From the NCBI GenBank assembly GCA_963674865.2, contig CAXXYE010000009.1, forward strand, positions 1,088,001-1,152,000: DNA of 64,000 nucleotides, read 5' to 3'. Below are positions 55,375 to 64,000 of the stretch, in pieces. Source of the DNA: Candidatus Hydrogenedentota bacterium. GTDB taxonomy: Bacteria > Hydrogenedentota > Hydrogenedentia > Hydrogenedentales > SLHB01. Numbering within the stretch: position 1 is the first letter of the stretch; each line of letters starts with the position of its first letter. The notes under the pieces were generated by a model. The model worked only from the letters and a program-made list of their open reading frames with translations. It was not told where the DNA came from and ran no database searches. The position numbers and the translations under genes are program-made.

Positions 55375-55488
55375 TCATTCCTCGACCTTCTCGAAGGCCC
55401 CGGCCTTTGTGTGGCAAACGGGACATTCGTCAGGCTCAACCTCCGCTTCAACGACGTACCCACAAACGGGGCACCGCCACATTGTCAC
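55375..55488 (-). CDS. Rubredoxin-like miniprotein (37 aa)
   Basis: Manual translation MTMWRCPVCGYVVEAEVEPDECPVCHTKAGAFEKVEE, with CxxCGY...CPxC, AAGAGG RBS and a downstream terminator. Below the ORF-track cutoff. Confidence 0.82.
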   Translation of the reverse strand: MTMWRCPVCGYVVEAEVEPDECPVCHTKAGAFEKVEE

Positions 55489-55631
55489 TTCAGCACACCT
55501 CTTCATGGAGGGCGTTGCCCTGCTTGTGGGTCGTGGCCGAACCATAATCCACATCTGTTGCTCCAGATCTAGGCGGAGCGAACATCATGTCCGAAGCCGT
55601 CATCTTCGAGAGAAGTGGCGCCCCTAATGAT

Positions 55632-55970
55632 CTACTTCTTCTTGGCGGTCTTCTTCTTGGCCGCAGTTTTCTTCTTGGCTGCGGTCTTTTTCTTGGCGAC
55701 CTTCTTCTTGGCGACCTTCTTCTTGGCGACTTTCTTCTTGGCCGCAGGTTTCTTCTTGGCCGCGACTTTCTTCTTGGCGACCTTTTTCTTGGCGACTTTT
55801 TTCTTGGCCGCAGGTTTCTTCTTGGCTGCGACTTTCTTCTTGGCGACCTTCTTCTTGGCCGCAGGTTTCTTCTTGGCCGCGACTTTCTTCTTGGCAACCT
55901 TCTTCTTGGCTGCAGGTTTCTTCTTGGCCGCGGTCTTTTTCTTGGCGGGTTTCTTCTTCGCGGGTGCCAT
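55632..55970 (-). CDS. Histone H1-like Lys/Ala-rich DNA-binding protein
   Basis: 112 aa of KKK(P/V/T)A(A) repeats, AAGGAGG RBS, synonymous variation between repeat units. Confidence 0.85.
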   Translation of the reverse strand: MAPAKKKPAKKKTAAKKKPAAKKKVAKKKVAAKKKPAAKKKVAKKKVAAKKKPAAKKKVAKKKVAKKKVAAKKKPAAKKKVAKKKVAKKKVAKKKTAAKKKTAAKKKTAKKK

Positions 55971-56697
55971 GGTTTCCCTCCTTCTCTAACACCTCACTCG
56001 TGACAACAAGCCACATGGGCTCGCCGCGACAGACTCCTTGTCGCAGCTTACCTCAACACACCTCCCACACCCTTGGTATGGGCGGCGACGGTATCAGGCC
56101 TTGGCCCGGTATCGCCCTTTACAGCCTTGTGTTGACTCCCCGCATGCAGCCCTTTGGAAACGCCATGGCGTCTGTGCCGTCGTCTCCGCGTGAGGCGAAG
56201 CCCCCAAATTCGCATGGTCGCTTAGTGAATATGCCCCCGTGATGTCAGGCAACGTTTGCTGCGAACGTAGACGCTGAACACCACAAAGAGGATCTCCCTC
56301 CCATTTGATCGCGGCTTGCTGTCTTTGAGACGTTGGCAGGCTCGGCTTGCGCTACCGGCGTGTCCCGTCTACTCGCTTTACAAGCGCACCGCAACGGCGC
56401 GGAACTGCAACGACTCTTCTCGCGAACGAGCTGCATCACCGCAGTTGGTGCGACGCATGATGGTTAGGCCATCCTCAACTCCATATATTCAACTTTTTCT
56501 TATATGATGTGTAGCAAACAGATCCGAAAATAGCAAGTACTTTTTTTAGCTTCTTTCGTGATTCGCACTTTGCTCGAAACACGTATCCCACTGAGGATTG
56601 GTATATGGTGGGCTTGTTGAGGCCGGCTTCCATTTCCGCTACGATTCATCCATGATGCGTGCTTGTGGCTCTTCTGCGAGAATAGAGGGATAGGCTC

Positions 56698-57024
56698 ATG
56701 GTCGAAAATGTTCCGGCGTTCTTTGAAGATCTGCCCGCCCGTCTTTCTCCAGATGCGATGATGGGCATGAACGCAACCTACCAATTCGTGATCACCGAAG
56801 AGGGCGGCGGCGAGTGGTATATCGTCTTCAAGGAGGGCAGAGGCGAAATTGTCCAGGGACGCAAGAAGGATGCGGATGTGACGATAACAGCCTCGGCGTC
56901 CAACTGGTTGGATCTGATCAATGGGGGGACAAGCGGCCAGATGAGCCTTGTAACGGGACGGGTGCGGCTCGAAGGCGACGTGACGCTCGCCGTGAAGCTC
57001 CACAGCCTGCTTCAGGTGCGTTAG
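56698..57024 (+). CDS. SCP2 sterol/lipid-binding domain protein
   Basis: YQFVI...GGEWYI, ADVTIT, GRVRLEGDVTLAVKL. Confidence 0.85.
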   Translation: MVENVPAFFEDLPARLSPDAMMGMNATYQFVITEEGGGEWYIVFKEGRGEIVQGRKKDADVTITASASNWLDLINGGTSGQMSLVTGRVRLEGDVTLAVKLHSLLQVR

Positions 57025-57064
57025 GCGATCCGGCAAGTATGCCTGCCGCGAAGGATATTCTCCA

Positions 57065-57805
57065 GTGATTGGGGAGCGCTCAATCCGACGGCTCTTGGCC
57101 CTGTTGCTGACGCTTTCTCTGCTATCTGCGGCGGCGATGCGCTGCGGCAGAGAGGGCGGCATTGAATCGGCGCCTGTGCCGAGAGCCGTCTCGTCCGAGA
57201 CGGCGGGCGGCGTTGTCGTTGAGGGAAGGTACTATGGCGTGCGCGGCGATGCGCCGCCGGGGATTGTCTGTCTTGCCGACACCGCAGATCCCCCTGGCGA
57301 GTGGGACGCAGTGGCGCAGCGCACACAGCAGGCAGGTATAGCATGCCTGGTTATCGACCTACGTCCATCTCAAGAGCACAAGGGTGGCCGGGGACTGAGG
57401 CCCGATGCGTTCGAGGCCATTGCGGCGGGAGAACGGATGCTGGCCGAGCAGGGGACGGCGCAGGATCGGCTCGGCATCATTGGGGCCGGCCCTGGGGCGT
57501 GCCTGGCGTTGGCATACGCCGCAAATGATGCTGATGTCGCGGCCCTGGTGCTGCTATCGCCTTCGCTGTTGGCGGAGGGAGTGGATGCACAGCAGGAAGT
57601 GGCCGTCTATGGCAGGCGTCCGGTGCTGTTTCTGGCGTGTGAAGGAGACAGCTTCGGCAGCAGGGCAAGCCAAGTTCTCAAGGAGACCGCCGCGGGGCTT
57701 TCGCAATTGCACATCTACCAGGGGACGGCGGCGGGGCTGGACGTATTGACGACTTCACTCAGCGCGACGGAGCAGGCGGTCGCGTGGCTGACGGCGGTGC
57801 TCTAG
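57065..57805 (+). CDS. Exported alpha/beta-hydrolase-fold protein (catalytic residues degenerate)
   Basis: Signal or lipoprotein-like N-terminus, LVIDLR, LGIIGAGPGA elbow, LVLLSP, PVLFLA.EGD. Confidence 0.7.
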   Translation: MIGERSIRRLLALLLTLSLLSAAAMRCGREGGIESAPVPRAVSSETAGGVVVEGRYYGVRGDAPPGIVCLADTADPPGEWDAVAQRTQQAGIACLVIDLRPSQEHKGGRGLRPDAFEAIAAGERMLAEQGTAQDRLGIIGAGPGACLALAYAANDADVAALVLLSPSLLAEGVDAQQEVAVYGRRPVLFLACEGDSFGSRASQVLKETAAGLSQLHIYQGTAAGLDVLTTSLSATEQAVAWLTAVL

Positions 57806-57994
57806 GCTGCTCGTCGCCGGGGGATGTCCGACTTGTTGCACCTCAAGAGGAAGGGGAAGTCGTCAAGCTCTAGACGGAGGCCGGTTCCTATGCGGGTTGG
57901 CCGTCCCCAGAATCAGTGTGGTACTATGCCAACCGGCGCACGTGCGCTTTCCGCGCGCGACAGACTTCAAGAGATCAAACAGGAGATCCGCCGC

Positions 57995-60900
57995 ATGAAT
58001 CGTATGCTTACTGTTCTTGCCTTACTTGCCGCCATCGGGAGCGCCGCGGCGGCGCAAACCGTCGAGTGGACCTACGACCTGGACGAGGGAGGGAACGCCC
58101 CTACTCTCTATCCTGACGCAGAGCATCCCACAGGTGTTCTCATCAATGCCGTGAGCAATGTGGTGCGGCTTGATGGCCAGGGCAAGGTGCTCTGGGAGTA
58201 TCCCGTTGAGCCGCCTGCCGCGTCCCCTGTCACGGTTGCCGATCTCGACGCGGACGGCTCGTACGAACTCCTGTTTACGACGCAGAACGGCGCCATTCAC
58301 TGCATCACCGACGACGCTCGCCCGCTATGGTCGCACACGTATAACGTTGATGTTGGGGCGTTCAAGAGCGTCGTGGCTGCCGATGTGCATCCGAGCGAGG
58401 GGCTTGAGGTCCTATTTGGCTTCAACGACGGTTGGCTCCATTGTCTCTCGGCGTCCGGCGAGACACTCTGGACGTTCTTCGGAGATCGCTTTCGGGTCGG
58501 CTCGCTTGCCGTGGGCGATGCCGACGCCGACGGCGCGCCTGAGATCGTGTATGGCACGGACAACGGCCACGTCTATTGTCTTAGCGGCTACGGCGAGGCG
58601 GAATGGCGCTTCAATGAACTGGCTCCCTACGGGCGTTCAGGCATCAATCTTGCCGATCTTGATGCTGACGGCGTCCCTGAGGTCGTCTTCACACGAAGCA
58701 ACGTGAATAACAACACCTGCATGGTAGCTATCAGCGGCAAGGACGGCTCGCTCCTTTGGCGTACCAAAGACTTCATGCAAGGATACGTGTCCAATGCCGT
58801 GGTCGATTTCGAGGGAGACGGCCGCCTTGAAGTGCTTCATGGCGATAAAGGAAACAATCTATACGCGGAGAACGCCGACGGCTCCCGTCGGTGGCAGGCT
58901 GCGCTCAATGCCCACGGCTTGTTCTGGGCCCCCGCCGTGGCGGACGTGGACGGCGACGGGCAACTCGAAGCGATAGCAGGGCTGCGGGGCAAGGATCCCG
59001 AGAGCGGGGCATGTGCGTATCTCGTCGGGGCGGACGGCGCCATCAAGGCCAAGTTGGCTCTTGGCGGCGGCGCCAATGCCGGGCCCGCTGTGGGGGATAT
59101 CGACGGTGACGGCGAACTCGAGGTCATCTTCACGCTTCAGAAGCCAGAGCAGGTCAAGTGCGTGACGTGGCACGCGGGCGGGCGTGTGGCATGGCCGTCT
59201 CTGCGCGGCGATTCGTGCATGACTGCCACGAGGCCCAACGTTCCACGGGGCGTCCCCGAACGGGCCGCAATGCGAGAGTCCGGCGGCCAGGATGTGGCTG
59301 TCAGCCATGAGCAGGTCCTGTGGGGCGAGAACCGGTGGCGTCTTTCATGGTCGACGCCGGTACCGGAGAATTCCTTCATCGAAGTCGCCGTTACTGGGAA
59401 AGATGGGCAACGCCGGGCCGCTGTTGTGGATCTGAAGCCGGGCGTCACCGAGGCCGAGGTCCCCTGGCTGTTGACGCAGCCAGGCAAGAGCACCGTCAGC
59501 GTGCGCTTGCTGTCGCCGGGCCATGGGCAGCCGGTGTTCGCCGCGTGGCGCAGCGTGAAGCCTCTGGCACCTGAGTACTGCGGGATAAAGGCGGTCGAGG
59601 CTGCGTGCAAAGATGCCATCATGGCCGGTGAGGCGGCCGATGCCGACACAAGCGGCATTGCAGTGAGACTCACTATGCTTGTCGCCGAACGCACGAAGGT
59701 TGCCCAACTCGCCAAGTCCGGCGCGCCCAATGCGTCCGTAGCCGCCGCGGCCACGGCGCTTCACGAGCAGTCTGGGGACCTCCTGGCCATGGCCGAGGCC
59801 CTTGGCCGTTTTTGGGAAGAGGGCGGCACGGGTGACTTTGTTTTCTGGGAGGATTCCAATCCTTGGGATCGATTCGATCCTACTCATATTCCCGAAACAT
59901 TCGATATGGCGAGTCCCCTTCGGTTCGCTGCCTATAAGAACGAGTTCGAGAATAAGGCGATTACAATCTTCAACACGACTTCGGACGCGATCGACGTGCG
60001 CTGCGTTTTCAAAGAGCCGAGCCTGGGGCAGGGATGGTACGCGGCGGAAGAACCCATGGCGGCGAATGTCACGTTACTTCGACAGGTTCCCGTGCTTGGG
60101 GAGCGCACGGGACGTGTGTTTGACGCGCTTCCTGAACTCGACCTGTCCCGTTCGATCACTATTCCCGCCGGGCAGGCGCGGCAGCTTTGGCTTGTGGCCA
60201 AAACCCACGACCTCGAGCCCGGCACGCACAATCTCACACTGTATCTAGGTCTTCTGGGCAAGCGGGAGCCGGTATTCCGCGAGGTCCCGATCGAAATCGA
60301 GGTATGGCCGATTGCGCTGCCGACGGACGTTTACGCCAAGATGAACTGGACACGCCTGGATCGGGATCGGACCTCGGATCAAGACATCCAGTCGATGATC
60401 GATCATGGGATGTCCGTTGTCTATGGCCCGTCGATGCCGGCTGTGCCGGTTGATGCTCGGGGGCGGCTGGCTGGGAAGGTCGACTGGACGGCGTTCGACG
60501 CCGTTCTCGACCGCGCTCCCAAGCATTGGACCTTCTTGTGGGGCGCGCCGCCGTCTCGCCGATGGCCGAAAGGTGTTAAACCTGACGCGGAAAGCCCCGA
60601 GTACTCCGCGGGTTTCAAGACGGCCTTGGATCAGCTCGTCAAACATATGAAAGCGAAGGGATTCGACTACTACCAATGGGCGTTCTATCCCATCGACGAG
60701 CCGTGGAACACCGGATTCACCCATATCCCCCACTTGAAGCACTTCTGCGAAATGGTGAAGAAGGCTGATCCCAAGGCCCAGGTCTACGCAGATCCCGCAG
60801 GACTTGTGCGTGTCGAGTACCTCGATGAGTTCAAGGATCTGATCGATATCTGGCAGCCCGAGCTTAACACGCTCAAACGCGATCCGAAGCTGGTGGATTG

Positions 60901-61396
60901 GTTCCAGGAGAACGCGGCCCGCTTCTGGTATTACGAGGCCCCCGGCCCGGCCAAGGACTGGGACCCGCTTGCCCATTACCGCGCTTATGGCTGGTTTGCC
61001 GTCAAGTACGGCACCGAAGGCGGCGGCTATTGGGTCTACAAGGCGTGTGACGTGTGGTGGCCCATCGAGAGCACCGATTATTCGGCGGTGTACCAAACCA
61101 ACACCGACGTCGTCACGTCGAGGCGGTGGGAGGCGGATCGGGACGGCATAGAGGACTACCGGGCTGTCCACGTTCTCAAGGATGAGATCGCGAAGGCCCG
61201 CGCTGCAGGCCATGTGGCCGAGGCGGCTCGGGCGGAAGCTCTCATCGATGAAGCGGTGGAGGCGTTGATCGGCTGGCAGTCTCGCAATATTGACGAGATC
61301 ACGCGAGTTACCCGCGACTATGACATGAGTTTCGATCTTCTGATGGACTACCGTCTGAAGATACGAGATGAAATCCTGCGCTTGCGCGGCCTCTAG
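57995..61396 (+). CDS. Secreted FG-GAP/PQQ-like beta-propeller protein with C-terminal glycoside hydrolase-like (GH123/DUF4091-type) domain
   Basis: AGGAG RBS and signal peptide. Repeated ADLDADG..E / GDIDGDG.LE motifs. YPIDEP and SRRWEADRDGIEDY. Confidence 0.75.
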   Translation: MNRMLTVLALLAAIGSAAAAQTVEWTYDLDEGGNAPTLYPDAEHPTGVLINAVSNVVRLDGQGKVLWEYPVEPPAASPVTVADLDADGSYELLFTTQNGAIHCITDDARPLWSHTYNVDVGAFKSVVAADVHPSEGLEVLFGFNDGWLHCLSASGETLWTFFGDRFRVGSLAVGDADADGAPEIVYGTDNGHVYCLSGYGEAEWRFNELAPYGRSGINLADLDADGVPEVVFTRSNVNNNTCMVAISGKDGSLLWRTKDFMQGYVSNAVVDFEGDGRLEVLHGDKGNNLYAENADGSRRWQAALNAHGLFWAPAVADVDGDGQLEAIAGLRGKDPESGACAYLVGADGAIKAKLALGGGANAGPAVGDIDGDGELEVIFTLQKPEQVKCVTWHAGGRVAWPSLRGDSCMTATRPNVPRGVPERAAMRESGGQDVAVSHEQVLWGENRWRLSWSTPVPENSFIEVAVTGKDGQRRAAVVDLKPGVTEAEVPWLLTQPGKSTVSVRLLSPGHGQPVFAAWRSVKPLAPEYCGIKAVEAACKDAIMAGEAADADTSGIAVRLTMLVAERTKVAQLAKSGAPNASVAAAATALHEQSGDLLAMAEALGRFWEEGGTGDFVFWEDSNPWDRFDPTHIPETFDMASPLRFAAYKNEFENKAITIFNTTSDAIDVRCVFKEPSLGQGWYAAEEPMAANVTLLRQVPVLGERTGRVFDALPELDLSRSITIPAGQARQLWLVAKTHDLEPGTHNLTLYLGLLGKREPVFREVPIEIEVWPIALPTDVYAKMNWTRLDRDRTSDQDIQSMIDHGMSVVYGPSMPAVPVDARGRLAGKVDWTAFDAVLDRAPKHWTFLWGAPPSRRWPKGVKPDAESPEYSAGFKTALDQLVKHMKAKGFDYYQWAFYPIDEPWNTGFTHIPHLKHFCEMVKKADPKAQVYADPAGLVRVEYLDEFKDLIDIWQPELNTLKRDPKLVDWFQENAARFWYYEAPGPAKDWDPLAHYRAYGWFAVKYGTEGGGYWVYKACDVWWPIESTDYSAVYQTNTDVVTSRRWEADRDGIEDYRAVHVLKDEIAKARAAGHVAEAARAEALIDEAVEALIGWQSRNIDEITRVTRDYDMSFDLLMDYRLKIRDEILRLRGL

Positions 61397-61438
61397 ACTC
61401 TGGCTGACGAGGCCGCAGGACAACACAAGGAGATATCG

Positions 61439-62230
61439 ATGAAGGTCGGTATTATCACGGCATCTTTGCCGATGGAGACGAAGGCGGCATTGCGCAAGGC
61501 CAAGGAGATTGGCGCCCACGGGGTGCAACTCTACGTTGCTCATACGGATCTGGACCCCCGCAAACTCAGTAAGAGCGGGCGTGATGACTTGATGGCCTAC
61601 ATGGCCTCCCTCGAGCTTGAACGCTCGGCTTTGTGCGGCGATATCGGCGGCTTCGCCGACCCGGCCAAGGTGGATGAGCGCGTCGCCCATACGAAGGAGA
61701 TGTTCGATCTCTGTGTCGACCTCAAGACGCCCATCCTCACCACACACATTGGCATGATCCCCGAAGACAAGGCATCCAATGACTACGCCGATATGCTGGG
61801 GGCGGTCCGCGAGGTGGCGGACTACGCCGCGGCACGCGGTTGCTGCTTTGCAACGGAGACGGGACTTGAGTCCGGCGAAGGCTTGGCGCGGTTCTTGGGT
61901 GAGGTGGCAAGTCCCGGGGCCAAGGTCAACTTCGACCCGGCCAACCTTTGTATGAACGGCTACGATCATCTCGAAGACGCGCGGGCGCTCAGCGACTGGA
62001 TTGTCCACACGCACGCCAAGGACGGCATCTATCGCTCGGCCAAGGAAGGCGGCTACAAGGAAGTCCCGCTCGGCAAAGGCGGGGTCGATTTCCCCAAATA
62101 CCTTCCCGTACTCCGGGAAATCGGCTTCGAAGGCTATCTCACTATCGAGCGCGAGTGCGGGGATGATCCCGTTGCCGATATCGTCGAGGCGATCAAGTTC
62201 CTGAAGGGCCAGGAAGGCGTGGAGCAGTAG
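61439..62230 (+). CDS. Sugar phosphate isomerase/epimerase (xylose isomerase-like TIM barrel)
   Basis: ATETG, NFDPAN, HTHAKD, PLGKGGVDF, TIERE. Confidence 0.9.
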   Translation: MKVGIITASLPMETKAALRKAKEIGAHGVQLYVAHTDLDPRKLSKSGRDDLMAYMASLELERSALCGDIGGFADPAKVDERVAHTKEMFDLCVDLKTPILTTHIGMIPEDKASNDYADMLGAVREVADYAAARGCCFATETGLESGEGLARFLGEVASPGAKVNFDPANLCMNGYDHLEDARALSDWIVHTHAKDGIYRSAKEGGYKEVPLGKGGVDFPKYLPVLREIGFEGYLTIERECGDDPVADIVEAIKFLKGQEGVEQ

Positions 62231-62232
62231 CA

Positions 62233-63063
62233 TTGAGCGTGCGTAATACGCAGCTCCTTCGGCCCGGCACGATCGAACTGGGCGGCGTGTCCGTCAGCCG
62301 GTTCATTATCGGCGGCAATCCTTTCAGCGGTTTCGCGCATCAAACGCGTGAGCGCGATGAGGAGATGCGTGACTGGTACACAATGGCGCGCGTCAAAGAG
62401 GCCTACCGGCTCGCGGAACAGGCCGGGGTGACGACGCATCTTGGCCGCGCCGACGAGTTTGTCATTCGCGCCCTGCGTGAGTATTGGAATGAGGGCGGGG
62501 CGATCACGTGGATTGCGCAGACATGCCCTAACATCGGGACTATCGAGCACGCGGTCCGCGTCGCGCACCGGAATAGGGCCAAGTGTTGTTTTGTCCACGG
62601 CGGGGAGATGGATCGGCGTGTGGCCGCGGGCGAAACGCGGCCGGTGATCGACGCGGTGCGCCTCATCAAAGAGTTGGGCATGGCCGCCGGCGTGGCGGGC
62701 CACACTACGGCCACCATCCGCTGGGCCGTCGAGCACCTTGATGTCGACTTCTTCATGACCTCCTACTACAATCCCGACGATCGCACCAAGCAGGTCGAAC
62801 GGGACTACGCCAAGAGGGAGTACTATGGCGCTGAGCAACGTGAGGCTATGTGCGCCCTCATTCAGGAGCTACCGGCTCCGGCTATCCACTACAAAGTGCT
62901 CGCGGCAGGCAGGAATAGTCCTGAGGAGGCGTTTGAGTACGTCGCCGAAGCGTACCGGCCGGGCGATGCGGTGTGTGTTGGGATCTTCACGAAAGACAAG
63001 CCGGATATGATCCGAGAGGATATCCAGCTCCTGGAGGCGGCATTACGCGCACGCGGCAAGTAG
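62233..63063 (+). CDS. Conserved hypothetical protein, aldo/keto-reductase-like TIM barrel
   Basis: VSRFIIGGNPFSG, GVAGH, YKVLAAGR. Coupled to the upstream gene. Confidence 0.65.
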   Translation: MSVRNTQLLRPGTIELGGVSVSRFIIGGNPFSGFAHQTRERDEEMRDWYTMARVKEAYRLAEQAGVTTHLGRADEFVIRALREYWNEGGAITWIAQTCPNIGTIEHAVRVAHRNRAKCCFVHGGEMDRRVAAGETRPVIDAVRLIKELGMAAGVAGHTTATIRWAVEHLDVDFFMTSYYNPDDRTKQVERDYAKREYYGAEQREAMCALIQELPAPAIHYKVLAAGRNSPEEAFEYVAEAYRPGDAVCVGIFTKDKPDMIREDIQLLEAALRARGK

Positions 63064-63090
63064 GGCTCGGCTAGGCGCTTGTTTCGTCGA

Positions 63091-63999
63091 TCAGCCGGGC
63101 AGGTCTTCCGCCTTCCATGGCCCTTCGCGCTCTTTGTGGCGGGTGAACACGCTGAGGAATCCGCTCGTGAGGAACATGACAAGCATCCAGCCCATGCCGA
63201 TCATCAACAGCGCCTGGACGGGATATCCCTCGTAAGGTTTCGTGAGGTCCTCGATTACGCTCCAGGCCAGGATAATCGCGAGAACCGACGGCGATACGAA
63301 CTTCACCGACCACTCCCACCAGATATCCCAGGCCTTCGAATACCCGCCCTCGCTTGCGTCGCTCAGGTGGAAGTGCATCTTGTCGATGCCGTAGTACCAC
63401 GCCACGAGTACGCACTCCAGCAAGCCCACCAGTAGCAGACCGTAGGTATCAATGAAGTGGCCGAGAATGTCGAGCCAATACAATCCCGCGCCTGACGTGA
63501 AGATGATGCTGCCGCCCATGCCAAGCAGACAGCACGCGGATACCACTCTTGAACGCCGCCAGCCGAACTTGTCCATGGCGGCGGCGGCAAATGCTTCGAG
63601 GATTGAGATAGCCGAGGTCAGCCCCGCGAGCACGAGCGTGAGGAAGAAGAGGAATCCGAACAGCCCTTTCATGGCCGGGAGCATTGATATCGCCTGCGGG
63701 TAGACGACGAAGCAGAGTCCCGGGCCGCTCTTAACGACATCGGCAACATCCATGCCCTCCTTCGCATGAGCCATGAAGCCGAGGACGCTGAACACGGCGA
63801 TCCCCGCGAAAATGGAATACGAGCAGTTCACGATGCAGGTAGTGAAAGCATTCCGCACGAGGTTGGTCTTCGGGGGGAGGTAACTTGCGTAGGCGATCAT
63901 GATGCCGAATCCGATCGACAGTGAGAAAAAGATCTGGCCAAAGGCATCCCGCCATACGTTGATATCCGCAAGCTTCTGCCAGTCGGGATGCATGTACTG
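63091..63999 (-). CDS. Sodium-dependent transporter, NSS/SNF family (5'-truncated)
   Basis: WRDAFGQIFFSLSIGFGIMIAYASY, GPGLCFVVYP, AGLTSAISILE. The frame is open to the window edge. Confidence 0.93.
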   Translation of the reverse strand, partial: QYMHPDWQKLADINVWRDAFGQIFFSLSIGFGIMIAYASYLPPKTNLVRNAFTTCIVNCSYSIFAGIAVFSVLGFMAHAKEGMDVADVVKSGPGLCFVVYPQAISMLPAMKGLFGFLFFLTLVLAGLTSAISILEAFAAAAMDKFGWRRSRVVSACCLLGMGGSIIFTSGAGLYWLDILGHFIDTYGLLLVGLLECVLVAWYYGIDKMHFHLSDASEGGYSKAWDIWWEWSVKFVSPSVLAIILAWSVIEDLTKPYEGYPVQALLMIGMGWMLVMFLTSGFLSVFTRHKEREGPWKAEDLPG

Positions 64000-64000
64000 G

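Noticed and set aside
55490..56016. Alternative-frame ORFs over the Lys-rich repeat (protamine-like PRRKS, FFLAA, QEE and LLG frames)
   Set aside because: They are shadows of the repeat. Only the KKK/A frame has a strong RBS with ATG and third-position variation.
60245..62233. Long antisense ORFs (662 aa here, also 30543-32162, 14213-15379, 46695-48098)
   Set aside because: They overlap well-supported genes, have no recognisable motifs, and are expected in GC-rich DNA.
1..64000. tRNA, rRNA, known riboswitches or prophage genes
   Set aside because: None recognised by eye. A covariance-model scan would be needed to exclude divergent RNAs.

Overview
GC-rich DNA from a diderm, LPS-making bacterium (waaA, an lpxL-like gene, two secretins). 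I cannot assign the taxon from this window. The first ~39 kb holds two type IV filament machines back to back on the + strand. The first is a canonical type II secretion operon, gspC(partial)DEFGHIJKLM, at 1-11207. The second is an atypical retractile type IV pilus-like system at 11781-38821. It has two PilB-type ATPases flanking pilT, pilC, four class III prepilins and a ~2060-aa giant protein built on a PilX/GspK tip-pilin scaffold with Ca-binding loops and a split lamin-tail domain. It continues with a 1013-aa secreted beta-helix/Ig-like protein in the pilY1 position, a PEGA + FGE-sulfatase-fold lipoprotein, a PilM-PilN fusion, PilO- and PilP-like genes, and a TPR-bearing secretin with a ~130-aa Gly/Met low-complexity insertion. 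This second system is the best candidate for an undescribed biological system. The remainder contains waaA, a sugar ABC transporter without its ATPase, and a small Arg-rich protein with repeated RxxDR motifs. It also has a stand-alone E2-like acyltransferase, an lpxL-like gene, a beta-CASP metallo-hydrolase, an apparently intact IS30-family element and a transketolase-like gene. Further on are an M23-like protein, an orphan pilC/gspF pseudogene, a 37-aa rubredoxin-like ORF missing from the ORF track and a histone H1-like Lys/Ala protein. The window ends with SCP2 plus an apparently inactive alpha/beta-hydrolase, an FG-GAP/glycoside-hydrolase-like operon and a partial NSS transporter. All family calls come from motif recognition by eye, with no database searches.
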